In this document: positions 16,905 to 26,565 of the stretch, piece after piece
How the letters are laid out: every line of letters begins with the position of its first letter
How positions within the stretch are numbered: position 1 is the stretch's first letter
From: Arthrobacter sp.
GTDB taxonomy: Bacteria; Actinomycetota; Actinomycetes; Actinomycetales; Micrococcaceae
Direction: 5' to 3'
Length of the DNA stretch: 34,489 nucleotides
NCBI GenBank assembly: GCA_041567475.1
Contig: JBFGBS010000001.1
Span: 1 to 34,489 of the forward strand
Made by a program: the position numbers and the translations under genes
The notes under the pieces: generated by a model
Told to the model about the DNA's origin: nothing
Databases searched by the model: none
Seen by the model: the letters and a program-made list of their open reading frames with translations, nothing else

Positions 16905-19900
16905 CTAGCGTGCGCCGCTGGGAACGGGCAGATCGTCCGCCTCGTCAGCCGCGGGAGCGTCCGCCGGGGCCACGTGCCGTGCCCGGCGCGGCCGCCGCGG
17001 TTTACGCTCCTTGCGTCCTTCCACGAGCCGGTACAGCACGGGGACCAGGATCAGGGTCAGCGCCGTTGAGGAGATCAGGCCGCCGACCACCACGATCGCC
17101 AGCGGCTGCGAGATGAACCCGCCGCCGCCGGTCAGGCCCAGCGCCATCGGCGTCAGAGCGAACACCGTGGCCAGCGCCGTCATCAGGATCGGCCGGAGGC
17201 GTTGCCGGGCGCCGTGGGTGATGGCATCCGCCAGGCTCATCCCGGGCTCGCCGTTGCGGGGCAGGCGGTACTGGTTGATGAGGTCAATGAGGACAATCGC
17301 GTTGGTCACCACAATGCCCACGAGCATCAGCATGCCGATCAGCGAGGGCAGTCCCAGCGGCACGCCGGTCACAAGCAGGAGCGCAATGGCCCCGGTCGCG
17401 GCGAAGGGGACGGAGACCAGCAGGATCAGTGGCTGGATGAGGGACTTGAACGCGGCCACCATGATCACGTAGACGATCGCGACGGCGGCGAGCAGGGCCA
17501 GCCCGAGTTGCGCAAAGGACTCCGCCTGCTGCGTGGTGGCCCCGCCGATCGTGGCCGTGACGCCGGCCGGCAGTTGCACCTCCGCGAGCCGGCGCTGCAC
17601 TTCGGCGCTCACCGCGCCGAGGTTGGCGCCCGACGGCGTGACGGAGACCCGGGCGGTCCGCTGCCCGTTGCTGGCCGTGATCGAGACGGGGACATCGACT
17701 TCTTCAACGGTGGCGATGCTGCCCAGCGCTACGGGTCCGGCCGCGGCCGGCAACGGGATGTCCCGGACGGCGGCAATGCTGGTGAAGCGGGTGCCCTCGC
17801 CAATCCGGACCGGGAAATCATCGGTGCCGATGCGCACCGTCCCGGCCGGGATCGGACTGATGGTAGCGGCAAGGATGCCTGCCACCTGGTCCTCGTTCAG
17901 GCCTGCGGCGACGGCCTTGGCGCGGTCCACCTTGACCTGGACGACGGCCTGGCTCGCGGCCAGGTTGGTGGCGACTTCGGTGCTGCCGGGGACATCGTCC
18001 ATGGCGTCGACCATGGCCTCGCTGGCGGTTTTGAGGTCCGCCGAGGTGGCCGCGCGGAGCGTGATGTCCACGGTTGATGATGTGCCGAAACCGCCCTGCT
18101 GGGAACCGACCGTGATCTTGCCGGCATCGGTGAGCGTCGCGAGTTCGGTGCGCACGGTTTCCTGGAGCGCGGACTGCTTGGCCTTTTCATCGGTGACGAC
18201 CGTGAAGCTGGAGTTCGAGGCGCCGGTGGAGCGCAGGGCGGAGAACCCTGATTGGGCGTTGCCGGTGGTGACCTGGACGTCTTTGATGCCGTCGATGTTC
18301 CGCAGCACGTCCTCGACCCTGATGGCCGCGGCGTTGGCGTCGGGGAGGCTCGTGCCCGCGGGCAGTTCCTGCTTCACCGTCATGCTGTTTTGTCCGGAGC
18401 TGCCAAGCAGGTCGGTTGCCAGCAGCGGGGTCATGGCGGCGGTACCGCCCAGGACGAGGGCGGCGGCGACCAGGGTGATCACCGGATGCCGCTGGGTCTT
18501 GGTCAGGACGGGAAGGTAGCTGCGCTGCAGACGGCTGCGCTGTTCCGCTGCGTGCGCCTTTTCGGCTGTTTCCCGGGCATCCGTCGCGGAAAGACCGGAA
18601 TCCGCGGCTGACTTCAGGAACCAGTACGCCAGCACCGGCACGATGGTCAACGAGACCAGCAACGAGGACAGCAGGGCGATGGTCACGGTGAGCGCAAACG
18701 GCCGGAACAGCTCGCCGGAAAGTCCCCCGACAAAAGCGATCGGCAGGAAAACGGCCACCGTGGTCAGGGTGGAGGCGGTGATGGCACCGGCCACCTCCCG
18801 GACGGACGTGAGGATCGCCGCGACCTTGGTTTCGCCATAGCTCAGGTGGCGCTTGATGTTCTCAATCACCACGATCGAGTCATCCACCACGCGGCCGATC
18901 GCGATGGTCAGTGCACCGAGCGTCAGGATGTTCAGCGAGTAGCCGGTGGCGGAGAGGCCGATGAAGGTAATCAGCAGGGACAACGGGATGGAAATGGCCG
19001 TGACCAGGGTGGAGCGCACGGACATCAGGAACACCAGGATCACGGCGACGGCGAATCCCAGCCCCAGCAACCCTTCGGTGGTGAGGTCCTTGATGGACTT
19101 TTCGATGAAGGGGGCCTGGTCAAAGACCGGGGTGAACTCGGCGTTGTTGCCCAGTTCGGCTTCGAGCTGGGGAATGGCGTCCTTGACTGCCTGCGAGATC
19201 GCGACGGTGTCGCCTTCGGGCTTCTTCGTGACCGACAGGGCCAGGGTTTCCTTGCCGTTGGTCCGGGTGATCGAGGTGCGGGCCTCCTCGGCAATGCTGA
19301 CATCGGCCACGCTGCCGATCGTCGTGCCGGCCCTGGCCCCGGCCAGCGGAAGGCCCTTGACGGTCTCGAGGGAGTCCACCGGGCTGCCGATCTGCAGCGA
19401 AAGCGTCTTGCCCTGGTCTTCGACGGTGCCGGCGGGAATGAGCGAACCGTTGTTGGCCAACGCGGTGCTGATGCCCTGGACGCCGGCGCCGGCGGCCGCC
19501 ATATCGGCCGTGCGGGGCAGGATCCGGATGTACTGGCTGGCGCCGCCGGTCACGTCGGCGCCGCGCACGCCGTCGAGCTTCTGCAGCGCCGGCACGCTGA
19601 GGCGGGCGAGGTCGGTATTGAGTTCGCTGAGCGGTTTGTCCGAGGAGACGGCCAGGAAGATGATCGGGAAGTCGCTGATGCTCCCGGCAATCGCCTGCGG
19701 CTGGACGTCTTCCGGCAGTATCTGCCTGGCATTGGAAATCGCACGGTCGATCTGGTTCCGTGCCCGGTCCAGGTTGGAACCGTAGGTGAAGACCATGGTG
19801 ATCTGGGAGACGCCGCTGCGCGAGGTCGAGGACGTCGATTCCAGCCCTTCGACGCCCTTCAGGGCTGTCTCCAGCGGGGCGCTGACCTGCTTGTCCACGA

Positions 19901-20075
19901 CTTCCGGGGACGCTCCCGGCATTGCCGAGAGGACGGTGATCTGCGGGAATTCGACGGACGGGATGAGCTCCTGTTTCAACGAGGCCATCGTGATCACGCC
20001 GAAAACGGACGCGAACACGGTGATCAGCGCGATCAGCGCCCGGTTAGCCAGTGAGAGCTGTGCGAGCCGGAACAT
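16905..20075 (-). CDS. RND-family efflux transporter permease (AcrB/SwrC-like)
   Basis: 1056 aa; PGASPE.V...V..PLE, GRVVDDSIVVIENI, RLRPILMT, PLAIVVVGGL motifs. Confidence 0.95.
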   Translation of the reverse strand: MFRLAQLSLANRALIALITVFASVFGVITMASLKQELIPSVEFPQITVLSAMPGASPEVVDKQVSAPLETALKGVEGLESTSSTSRSGVSQITMVFTYGSNLDRARNQIDRAISNARQILPEDVQPQAIAGSISDFPIIFLAVSSDKPLSELNTDLARLSVPALQKLDGVRGADVTGGASQYIRILPRTADMAAAGAGVQGISTALANNGSLIPAGTVEDQGKTLSLQIGSPVDSLETVKGLPLAGARAGTTIGSVADVSIAEEARTSITRTNGKETLALSVTKKPEGDTVAISQAVKDAIPQLEAELGNNAEFTPVFDQAPFIEKSIKDLTTEGLLGLGFAVAVILVFLMSVRSTLVTAISIPLSLLITFIGLSATGYSLNILTLGALTIAIGRVVDDSIVVIENIKRHLSYGETKVAAILTSVREVAGAITASTLTTVAVFLPIAFVGGLSGELFRPFALTVTIALLSSLLVSLTIVPVLAYWFLKSAADSGLSATDARETAEKAHAAEQRSRLQRSYLPVLTKTQRHPVITLVAAALVLGGTAAMTPLLATDLLGSSGQNSMTVKQELPAGTSLPDANAAAIRVEDVLRNIDGIKDVQVTTGNAQSGFSALRSTGASNSSFTVVTDEKAKQSALQETVRTELATLTDAGKITVGSQQGGFGTSSTVDITLRAATSADLKTASEAMVDAMDDVPGSTEVATNLAASQAVVQVKVDRAKAVAAGLNEDQVAGILAATISPIPAGTVRIGTDDFPVRIGEGTRFTSIAAVRDIPLPAAAGPVALGSIATVEEVDVPVSITASNGQRTARVSVTPSGANLGAVSAEVQRRLAEVQLPAGVTATIGGATTQQAESFAQLGLALLAAVAIVYVIMVAAFKSLIQPLILLVSVPFAATGAIALLLVTGVPLGLPSLIGMLMLVGIVVTNAIVLIDLINQYRLPRNGEPGMSLADAITHGARQRLRPILMTALATVFALTPMALGLTGGGGFISQPLAIVVVGGLISSTALTLILVPVLYRLVEGRKERKPRRPRRARHVAPADAPAADEADDLPVPSGAR

Positions 20076-20156
20076 CCAAGGGACTCCTGACGGGTCGGCG
20101 GAGGTACTTCAACGTAGATGTCAAGCGGTGGGGTACCGCCGCGACCGGCCCGGTCC

Positions 20157-21662
20157 TCAGCCGCGTGCGGCGTCGATCTGCTCCAGCTGCAGCGTCTTGG
20201 CCGTGTCGGCTTCCAGCTTGGCGGCAAGCTCGGGGTTCTCGTTGAGCTTGACGCCGTAGCCGGGCATCATCTCCTTGAGCTTGGCCTGCCAGCCCTTGAA
20301 GTCCTTAGGGAAGGACTTCTGGAGCAGTTCGATCATGATCGGAACGGCAGTGGACGCACCCGGGGACGCCCCGAGCAGGGCGCCGATGGTGCCGTCCCGC
20401 CCGGCGATGACCTCGGTCCCGAACTGGAGCACGCCGCCCTTCTTCGGGTCCTTCTTGATGATCTGGACCCGCTGGCCGGCGGTGATGAGTTCCCAGTCGC
20501 TGTCCTTGGCTTCGGGGTAGTACTCGCGCAGTGCCTCGACCTTGTCGCCGTGGCGCTTGGCGACCTCCTTGATCAGGTACGCGGTGAGGTCCAAGTTGTC
20601 CTTGGCCACGGCCAGCATCGGGATGATGTTGGAGGGCCGGATGGACAACGGCAGGTCCAGGTAGGAGCCGTTCTTGAGGAAGTTGGTGGAGAACCCGGCG
20701 TAGGGTCCGAAGAGGAGGGAGCGTTTGCCGTTGACGTACCGGGTGTCCAGGTGCGGGACGGACATGGGCGGCGCCCCGACGGAGGCCTGGCCGTAGACCT
20801 TGGCGCTGTGCTGCGCGGCCAGGCTCTCATCCGTGCAGCGGAAGAACTGGCCGGACACGGGGAAGCCCCCGTAGCCCTTGCTCTCCGGAATGCCGGAGGC
20901 CTGCAGCAGGTGCAGGGCCCCGCCGCCGGCGCCGACAAAGACGAACTTGGCGTGGATGGAGCCGTGTTCCCCGGACCGCGGGTGCTTGATGGCCAGGTCC
21001 CAGCCGCCGTCGGAGGCCCGGGAGATGCCGGTGACGTTGTGGCCGTAGTTGACTTCGACACCGTTGTTGCCGAGGTAGCCGGTGAGTTCGCGGGTCAGCG
21101 CCCCGAAGTCGACGTCGGTACCCTCCGCGGCGCGGGTCGCGGCAATGCGCTGCCGGGGATCGCGGCCCTTGACGATCAGCGGCGCCCACTTGGCGATCTG
21201 CGCGTGGTCCTCGGAGTATTCCATGGACCGGAAGAGCGGGTTGGGCTTGAGCGCTTCATAGCGGGTCCGCAGGAAGTCGGCGTGGGCGTCGCCGATCACG
21301 AAGCTCATGTGCGGCACCGTGTTGATGAAGCCCTTCGGCGATCCGATCAGGGACCGCTCCACGAGGTGGGACCAGAACTGGCGGGACAGCTGGAACTGTT
21401 CGTTGATCTGCAGTGCCTTGCCGGGATCCACGGAGCCGTCTTTGGCTGCGGGGGAGTAGTTGAGTTCGCACAGGGCGGCATGGCCGGTACCGGCGTTGTT
21501 CCACGGTCCTGAGCTTTCCAGCCCCGGCTCGTCCAGACGCTCGAACAGGGAGATGCTCCAGCCCGGCTCGAGCTGCTTGAGGAAGGTACCCAGCGTGGCG
21601 CTCATGATGCCGCCGCCGATCAGTACGACGTCGGCATGTTGGGTCTTGGAAATGAAAGTCAC
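20157..21662 (-). CDS. mqo: Malate:quinone oxidoreductase
   Basis: [58 protein letters not shown]. Confidence 0.97.
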   Translation of the reverse strand: MTFISKTQHADVVLIGGGIMSATLGTFLKQLEPGWSISLFERLDEPGLESSGPWNNAGTGHAALCELNYSPAAKDGSVDPGKALQINEQFQLSRQFWSHLVERSLIGSPKGFINTVPHMSFVIGDAHADFLRTRYEALKPNPLFRSMEYSEDHAQIAKWAPLIVKGRDPRQRIAATRAAEGTDVDFGALTRELTGYLGNNGVEVNYGHNVTGISRASDGGWDLAIKHPRSGEHGSIHAKFVFVGAGGGALHLLQASGIPESKGYGGFPVSGQFFRCTDESLAAQHSAKVYGQASVGAPPMSVPHLDTRYVNGKRSLLFGPYAGFSTNFLKNGSYLDLPLSIRPSNIIPMLAVAKDNLDLTAYLIKEVAKRHGDKVEALREYYPEAKDSDWELITAGQRVQIIKKDPKKGGVLQFGTEVIAGRDGTIGALLGASPGASTAVPIMIELLQKSFPKDFKGWQAKLKEMMPGYGVKLNENPELAAKLEADTAKTLQLEQIDAARG

Positions 21663-21739
21663 ATCAGTCTCCGATAGCAGCGGCTCTGGCTGTCACAGAA
21701 TATCCCGCAGGGCTGCCTAACTGAAATTGGGCCCGCACG

Positions 21740-23428
21740 TCAAGGCTTTAGCCTGATCTTTGTAAAAACCTCGTCCAGGACCGGCGAGGCAGGGTAGAAC
21801 TCCACCCGGTCAGAGAGGGCCAGTGCGGAGATGGGAAAGGCAATCGGGACAGCCGGAACGGTTTCGGCGATCTGGGTATTGATGGCCCGGTACGCCTCGG
21901 CGCGTTCGTCGCCGTCCGGCAGGCCGCGGGCCCGGGCGATCTTGGAGAAGAGCTGCGGATCCTGGAGGCCGAACTCGCCGTTGTTCTCGCCGAAGAGCGG
22001 GCCCACAAAATTGTCCTGATCCGCGTAGGAGCCGTTCCACCCGAGCAGGTGGAAGGCATGATCCCCGGGGCTGGTGACCTGTTTCAGGTAGCCTTCCGAC
22101 CACTCCACCGGGACGGGCTTGATGTTCAGCCCGACGGCGGTCAGTTGCCGGCTGATTTCGGCATAGACCTTTTCCGGTGTGGGCAGGTAGGGCCGGGCGA
22201 CGTTGAGCGGGTAGTAGAACTTCAGTTCCGCCCCGTCGTAGCCTGCATCGGCGAGGTACTGCTTGGCCTTGGCCGGGTCGTGGCCCAAGGCGGGGGCGTT
22301 GTTGTTGAATCCGCTGAGCTTCGGCGGAATAAACTGGGTGGCTTTGGCCGTGTTGTCGATGAAGAAGCGGCGGATCAAGGTGTCCTTGTCCAGCGCCATT
22401 TCAACCGCCTGGCGGACCTTGACGTTCAACAGGGCGGGCACGGCCTGGTTTATGCCCAGGTACATCACCGAGAACGGGTCGCGCTGGATAATCTGCTGGC
22501 CGTTCTTGACGAGGTCATCGAAGTTGCCGACCGTCACGGAGTCGTAGGCATCGATGCGGCCGTCGAGGAGCGCCTGGAGCCGGCTCTCCGGGTGGTCGTA
22601 GGTGACGAAATTGACGGTCCCGATCTGGCCCTTGTCGCCCCAGTAGTCCGCGTTGCTATCCAGCGTAATGCGGTCCTCTTCCCGGGCCGTGAACACGTAC
22701 GGACCGGTCCCGACCGGGTGGAGGGCGTAGGCGGAGGCGGCCAGCCCGTTGACGCTCTGGTCCAGCACATCGGCGGTCTTCGCCGCGAGGGCCTGCGGGG
22801 AGGAGATCGCAAACGCCGGCATGGTCAGGGCCTGGAGGAACCCGGTGAAGGGCTGGGTCAGCTCGATCCGGACATTGTCCGGGGCGAGGGCCGTGCAGCC
22901 CCGGTAGAGGGAGAGTTCGGCCTGGTCCGCGTGGGCTTTGAAGACGCCCTTGAAGCTGCTGCCGGGGGCCTGGCTGCGGAGGTCGCCGGAGAAAGTGAAC
23001 CAGCGGTTGAAGTTGGTGCACACGGACTCGGCGTCGAAGGCCGTGCCGTCGTGGAACCTGACGTCGCCGCGAAGTTCGAAGTCATAGGCCTTGCCGTCCT
23101 CGCTTTGCTGCCACTTGGTGGCGAGCAGCGGTGTCGGCTCGCCGGTGGTCTGGTCGACGCCGACGAGGCCCTCCAGCACCTGCCGGGAGACGCGGTAGGA
23201 CTCGATGTCGGAGACCAGGGCCGGATCGAGGCCAGGCGCCCGGGCGGCGGTACCGAACGTGAACACGGCGGTGGGACCGGCCGCGGGCGTGCCGGACGGA
23301 GCGGGGGGCGAACTCGTGGCGGGGGCCGGCGTACCGGTGCACGCCGTGAGCGTCAGCGGAAGGAGGACAGCGCAGATACCGGCTGCGATGCGGTGCAGCC
23401 TCTTGCTGGGCACTACAGTGCGGGGCAT
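21740..23428 (-). CDS. ABC transporter family-5 (peptide/DppA-like) substrate-binding lipoprotein
   Basis: Lipobox LTAC; LDPA, P.LAT.W, V.FHDGT.FDA, PVGTGPY, VRQA...A.D motifs. Confidence 0.9.
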   Translation of the reverse strand: MPRTVVPSKRLHRIAAGICAVLLPLTLTACTGTPAPATSSPPAPSGTPAAGPTAVFTFGTAARAPGLDPALVSDIESYRVSRQVLEGLVGVDQTTGEPTPLLATKWQQSEDGKAYDFELRGDVRFHDGTAFDAESVCTNFNRWFTFSGDLRSQAPGSSFKGVFKAHADQAELSLYRGCTALAPDNVRIELTQPFTGFLQALTMPAFAISSPQALAAKTADVLDQSVNGLAASAYALHPVGTGPYVFTAREEDRITLDSNADYWGDKGQIGTVNFVTYDHPESRLQALLDGRIDAYDSVTVGNFDDLVKNGQQIIQRDPFSVMYLGINQAVPALLNVKVRQAVEMALDKDTLIRRFFIDNTAKATQFIPPKLSGFNNNAPALGHDPAKAKQYLADAGYDGAELKFYYPLNVARPYLPTPEKVYAEISRQLTAVGLNIKPVPVEWSEGYLKQVTSPGDHAFHLLGWNGSYADQDNFVGPLFGENNGEFGLQDPQLFSKIARARGLPDGDERAEAYRAINTQIAETVPAVPIAFPISALALSDRVEFYPASPVLDEVFTKIRLKP

Positions 23429-23544
23429 CTGGAAATCACCTCAGGGGAGCGGGACGGGCCGACGGCGGCGGACCAGCCCCAGTCTAGTTGACCCTGGGGA
23501 CACGCGATGTCGTGCCGGTGAGCCTGCCCGGATGTCCGCCACAC

Positions 23545-23581
23545 AAGCGAAGGCCCGCACCAGAAGGTGCGGGCCTCGCTT
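23545..23581 (-). terminator. Hairpin terminator downstream of the fasciclin gene
   Basis: AGGCCCGCACC-AGAA-GGTGCGGGCCT with outer AAGCG/CGCTT pairing. Confidence 0.7.
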
Positions 23582-23637
23582 CTCCAAGTAGGTCCAGGGA
23601 GTCAGGCTGGGACCGGATCAGGAGTGCTTGGTGCTGT

Positions 23638-24306
23638 TTACTTCGGCATCAGAACGGAGTCGACGAGGTAAACAGTGGCGTTGGCGGTCATGACGCCGCC
23701 GCAGATGACGTTGGCGTCGTTGACCTTCAGGTTGTCACCCGAGCCGGATACCGTCACGGAGCCGCCTTCAACAGTCGTGTGCTCGCCGGCGATCTGGTCC
23801 GGGGTGATCTGGCCGGGGACGACGTGGTAGGTCAGGATCTTGCTGAGCAGGGCATCGTCGGTCTTCAGCGTCTCGATCGTTGCCGGATCGATCTTGGCGA
23901 AGGCGTCATCGACCGGTGCGAAGACCGTGAATTCGCTGCCGTTGAGCGTGTCCACAAGGTCGACCTTCGGGTTCAGCTTGCCGGACACTGCGGCCGTGAG
24001 GGTCGTCAGGAGCGGGTTGTTGGATGCGGCGACGGCGACCGGGTCGAGCGCCATGCCGGCAACCGATCCTTCGCCGGAGGGAACGGCCTCGGCGTAAGCG
24101 GCGCAGCCCGAGCCGACCAGGTTGGCGGTCGGGTCCATGGCTGCGGCGGAGGTGGTCGCCGGGGCGGCGGTTTCGGTCATGGCCGGGGTGGTTGCCGGTG
24201 CCGTGGTGGCTGCCGGGGTGGTGGAGCCGCCACAGGCACTCAGGCTGAGCATGGCTGCTGCTGCGATGCCGGCGACGGCGAACGTGTTGCGCTTGATGGT
24301 CTGCAT
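23638..24306 (-). CDS. Fasciclin (FAS1) domain lipoprotein, MPT83/MPB70-like
   Basis: Lipobox LSAC, Thr/Ala-rich linker, [42 protein letters not shown]. Confidence 0.93.
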   Translation of the reverse strand: MQTIKRNTFAVAGIAAAAMLSLSACGGSTTPAATTAPATTPAMTETAAPATTSAAAMDPTANLVGSGCAAYAEAVPSGEGSVAGMALDPVAVAASNNPLLTTLTAAVSGKLNPKVDLVDTLNGSEFTVFAPVDDAFAKIDPATIETLKTDDALLSKILTYHVVPGQITPDQIAGEHTTVEGGSVTVSGSGDNLKVNDANVICGGVMTANATVYLVDSVLMPK

Positions 24307-24413
24307 TTTGGTTTCTCCTTGTTGATGCCGATTTTGTGGCTGCGGTTGACTGCGCCGCTGTGGTCCATTTCCGACTGTCGGGCACCTACCCTTGGTTGGT
24401 GTCTCAATGGGTA

Positions 24414-24439
24414 TTCGCCGGGTCGGTGGAAACGGATGG
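24414..24439 (-). promoter_or_regulatory. SigK-type ECF promoter of the fasciclin gene
   Basis: Minus strand CCATCC-N15-GCGAA, one mismatch from the mycobacterial SigK consensus CCATCC-N15-CCGAA. Confidence 0.7.
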
Positions 24440-24534
24440 GTGGAGAATCTAATTTCTTTTTTCGACTGCTCAGGGCCCCCTTTCCAATACGTGCCGTGTG
24501 ACGGGAATTGAGCTAGGCGCGCAGCCGCAACGGG

Positions 24535-25092
24535 CTACGCCGAGGATACGAAGAGATCATTAATCTCCGCGGTGTTGAGGATTTGCTGGCGATACTCGCT
24601 GGAGAGGATGTGTTGGACCGCGGCCGCGGCCTCCGGATTTTCTGAGGCCGTCGCCTCGGCGGCATAGATGACGCGAATGTTGTAACCGAATGCGTCCGCT
24701 GCCGTCTGGGCAATGCAGTTATGTGTGGAGACGCCCGCGAGGACGATGGTGTCGGCCTTCCAGTTCCGCAGCCGCTGGAGCAGGTCTGTTGCCAAGAATG
24801 CGCTGTCGCGCGTCTTGATCAGGCGCGGCAGGCCCTCAGTCATGAGGCCGGTGACGAAGTCCGCCTGTGCCGTACCACGGAAGAGGAAACCCTGGTCATC
24901 ATCGAGCATGTTCAGCGTCCACGTCGATTTGTCCTCTTCATGTTCTGTTTTCACCAGGAGGACTTTCGCGCCATTCTCTTGCGCTGCGGCCATGAGGTGG
25001 TTGCAGGCCTCTGTCAGGCTCTCCCTGCCGGTCCCCAGCGCCGGATCTTCGAAGTAGGCATTCTGCATGTCAATGATCAGTACCGCGATCAC
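24535..25092 (-). CDS. Isochorismatase-family cysteine hydrolase
   Basis: IIDMQN (Asp), IKTRDSAF (Lys), GVSTHNCI (Cys) triad; GTG start overlaps the upstream stop (GTGA). Confidence 0.9.
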   Translation of the reverse strand: MIAVLIIDMQNAYFEDPALGTGRESLTEACNHLMAAAQENGAKVLLVKTEHEEDKSTWTLNMLDDDQGFLFRGTAQADFVTGLMTEGLPRLIKTRDSAFLATDLLQRLRNWKADTIVLAGVSTHNCIAQTAADAFGYNIRVIYAAEATASENPEAAAAVQHILSSEYRQQILNTAEINDLFVSSA

Positions 25093-25484
25093 TCGGGTTC
25101 CCCCCTTCCCCCAGTCGGGTGGCTGGTCCGCCGGGCGTCCTTGGACGACGGGCCTCCGCGTCCGCGCCGCCACACGAGCGCCGCGCCGGCAAGAGCTACG
25201 ATCAGCGCCCCGGCTATGACGTATGGCGCGTAGTCCACGCGGGTTTCCTTTGCCTGCTGTGTTTCGCCGGTGCCTGAGTCGACAGGACCGGACGGAGTCG
25301 CGGAGTCAGTGGGCGTGGTTTCGGCAACGACGCCCCTCGGGACGTCCACCAAAGACCAAGTGCCGGCCGTGGCGGCGCCCACCGGCGCTGCGCCAGTCGG
25401 TTCGGCGGCGACCGCCCCCGCCGGCAACAGCAGGGCCGCGCACACGGTGACTACCGCGAGGGCGGTGTTGAGAAGAGCTTGCAT
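25089..25484 (-). CDS. Hypothetical exported protein with signal peptide and C-terminal membrane anchor
   Basis: SD GAGGAGG; hydrophobic N-terminus ending AVA-AE, Thr/Pro-rich middle, TM segment YVIAGALIVALAGAALVW followed by RRGR. Confidence 0.7.
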   Translation of the reverse strand: MQALLNTALAVVTVCAALLLPAGAVAAEPTGAAPVGAATAGTWSLVDVPRGVVAETTPTDSATPSGPVDSGTGETQQAKETRVDYAPYVIAGALIVALAGAALVWRRGRGGPSSKDARRTSHPTGGRGEPE

Positions 25485-25681
25485 TGATCCTCCTCAGTTC
25501 TGAAGGACGAAGGGAGAACGCCCTCCGGCCATCCCCGATGTTAACTAGAAAGTATGCTTACGATAACCCGGGCCCCATGCCGCAGAAAGAATTAATCGGG
25601 TTCACAAAAGCCAGAGTGGCGCGCGAACGGCAAGGCCGTCAATTGCTTCGCCGAAGGCGGGGCTCCCCACCGCGACGGCGG

Positions 25682-25723
25682 CAGTCTGTGCCGACCAGTC
25701 TGTGCCGACCGGTCTGTGCCGAC
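25682..25723. repeat. 14-bp tandem repeat x3
   Basis: CAGTCTGTGCCGAC / CAGTCTGTGCCGAC / CGGTCTGTGCCGAC. Confidence 0.9.
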
Positions 25724-25758
25724 AGCAAGCCCGCGGCCACCGGGGCGGCCCGTTAACT

Positions 25759-25792
25759 AACGCGACCCCGGCCCATGGGCCGGGGTCGCGTT
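25759..25792 (-). terminator. Perfect 34-bp palindrome, likely tRNA-Leu terminator
   Basis: AACGCGACCCCGGCCCA|TGGGCCGGGGTCGCGTT, 18 nt past the tRNA 3' end. Confidence 0.7.
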
Positions 25793-25810
25793 CCAGTGCG
25801 ATCAAGATTG

Positions 25811-25892
25811 TGCGCAAGGGGGGACTTGAACCCCCACGCCCGAAGGCACAGGAACCTAAATCCTGCGTGTCTGCCAATTTCACCACTCGCGC
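25811..25892 (-). tRNA. tRNA-Leu (anticodon TAG), CCA not encoded
   Basis: GCGCGAG acceptor stem, D-loop AATTGGCAGA, anticodon arm CAGGA-TTTAGGT-TCCTG, long variable arm, GGTTCAAGTCC T-arm. Confidence 0.96.
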
Positions 25893-26006
25893 GCGGCGCC
25901 GTTGCCTGGACCGATCAGACCACAGGTCTTCGAAGGGCCGGCGGCGGACGCCAGGCTCCATTGTACCTATAACGGTCGTGCGGTGGTGGTGCGCGGCGTC
26001 GGAGGG

Positions 26007-26480
26007 CTACCCGTCCAGCTTCAGGTCCCGGCGGAGTTTGGCGACGTGGCCGGTGGCGCGCACGTTGTACTGCGCCAGCGCCACGTTTCCTTCGGCGTCC
26101 ACCACCACGGTGGACCGGATGAGTCCTTCATAGGTGCGGCCGTAGTTCTTCTTTTCCCCCCACGCGCCATATGCCTCTGCGACGGCGTGGTCCTCGTCCG
26201 AGAGGAGCGGGAAGTTCAGGGCTTCGGCGTCGGCGAAGGCGGCAAGTTTCGACCGGGGATCCGGGGAGATCCCGAGAACTTCGTAGCCTGCCTGCTGCAG
26301 GGAAGAAAGGGAGTCGCGGAAATCACAGGCTTCTTTTGTGCAGCCGGGTGTGGATGCGGCCGGATAGAAGTAAACCACCGTGTTTCGACCGCGGAAATCC
26401 CGCAGGCTCACGTTTTGGCCAGCTGCATTCATAAGGGTGAAATCCGGCGCCGGGGCGCCAGGCGTCAGTTGTTCCGGCAC
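26007..26480 (-). CDS. bcp: Thioredoxin-dependent thiol peroxidase (peroxiredoxin Q)
   Basis: APDFTL, VYFYPAASTPGCTKEACDFRD, FPLLSD, GLIRST. Confidence 0.95.
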   Translation of the reverse strand: MPEQLTPGAPAPDFTLMNAAGQNVSLRDFRGRNTVVYFYPAASTPGCTKEACDFRDSLSSLQQAGYEVLGISPDPRSKLAAFADAEALNFPLLSDEDHAVAEAYGAWGEKKNYGRTYEGLIRSTVVVDAEGNVALAQYNVRATGHVAKLRRDLKLDG

Positions 26481-26565
26481 GTTTTCTCCTTCGGGGTGGC
26501 GTAATGTCCCAGCCTATCCAGGCTGCTGGCGTCCAATGAAACGGGCGCTCGCTATACTCGTAGGT

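Noticed and set aside
24535-25092. Assigning the cysteine hydrolase as nicotinamidase PncA linked to the nad operon
   Set aside because: It lacks the PncA metal-binding D-x-H...H...WP.HC pattern, lies 12 kb from the operon, and has no NrtR box.
25682-25723. 14-bp (and 20-bp at 13452) repeats as a possible CRISPR or iteron array
   Set aside because: Directly tandem with no spacers, only three copies, and no cas or rep genes.
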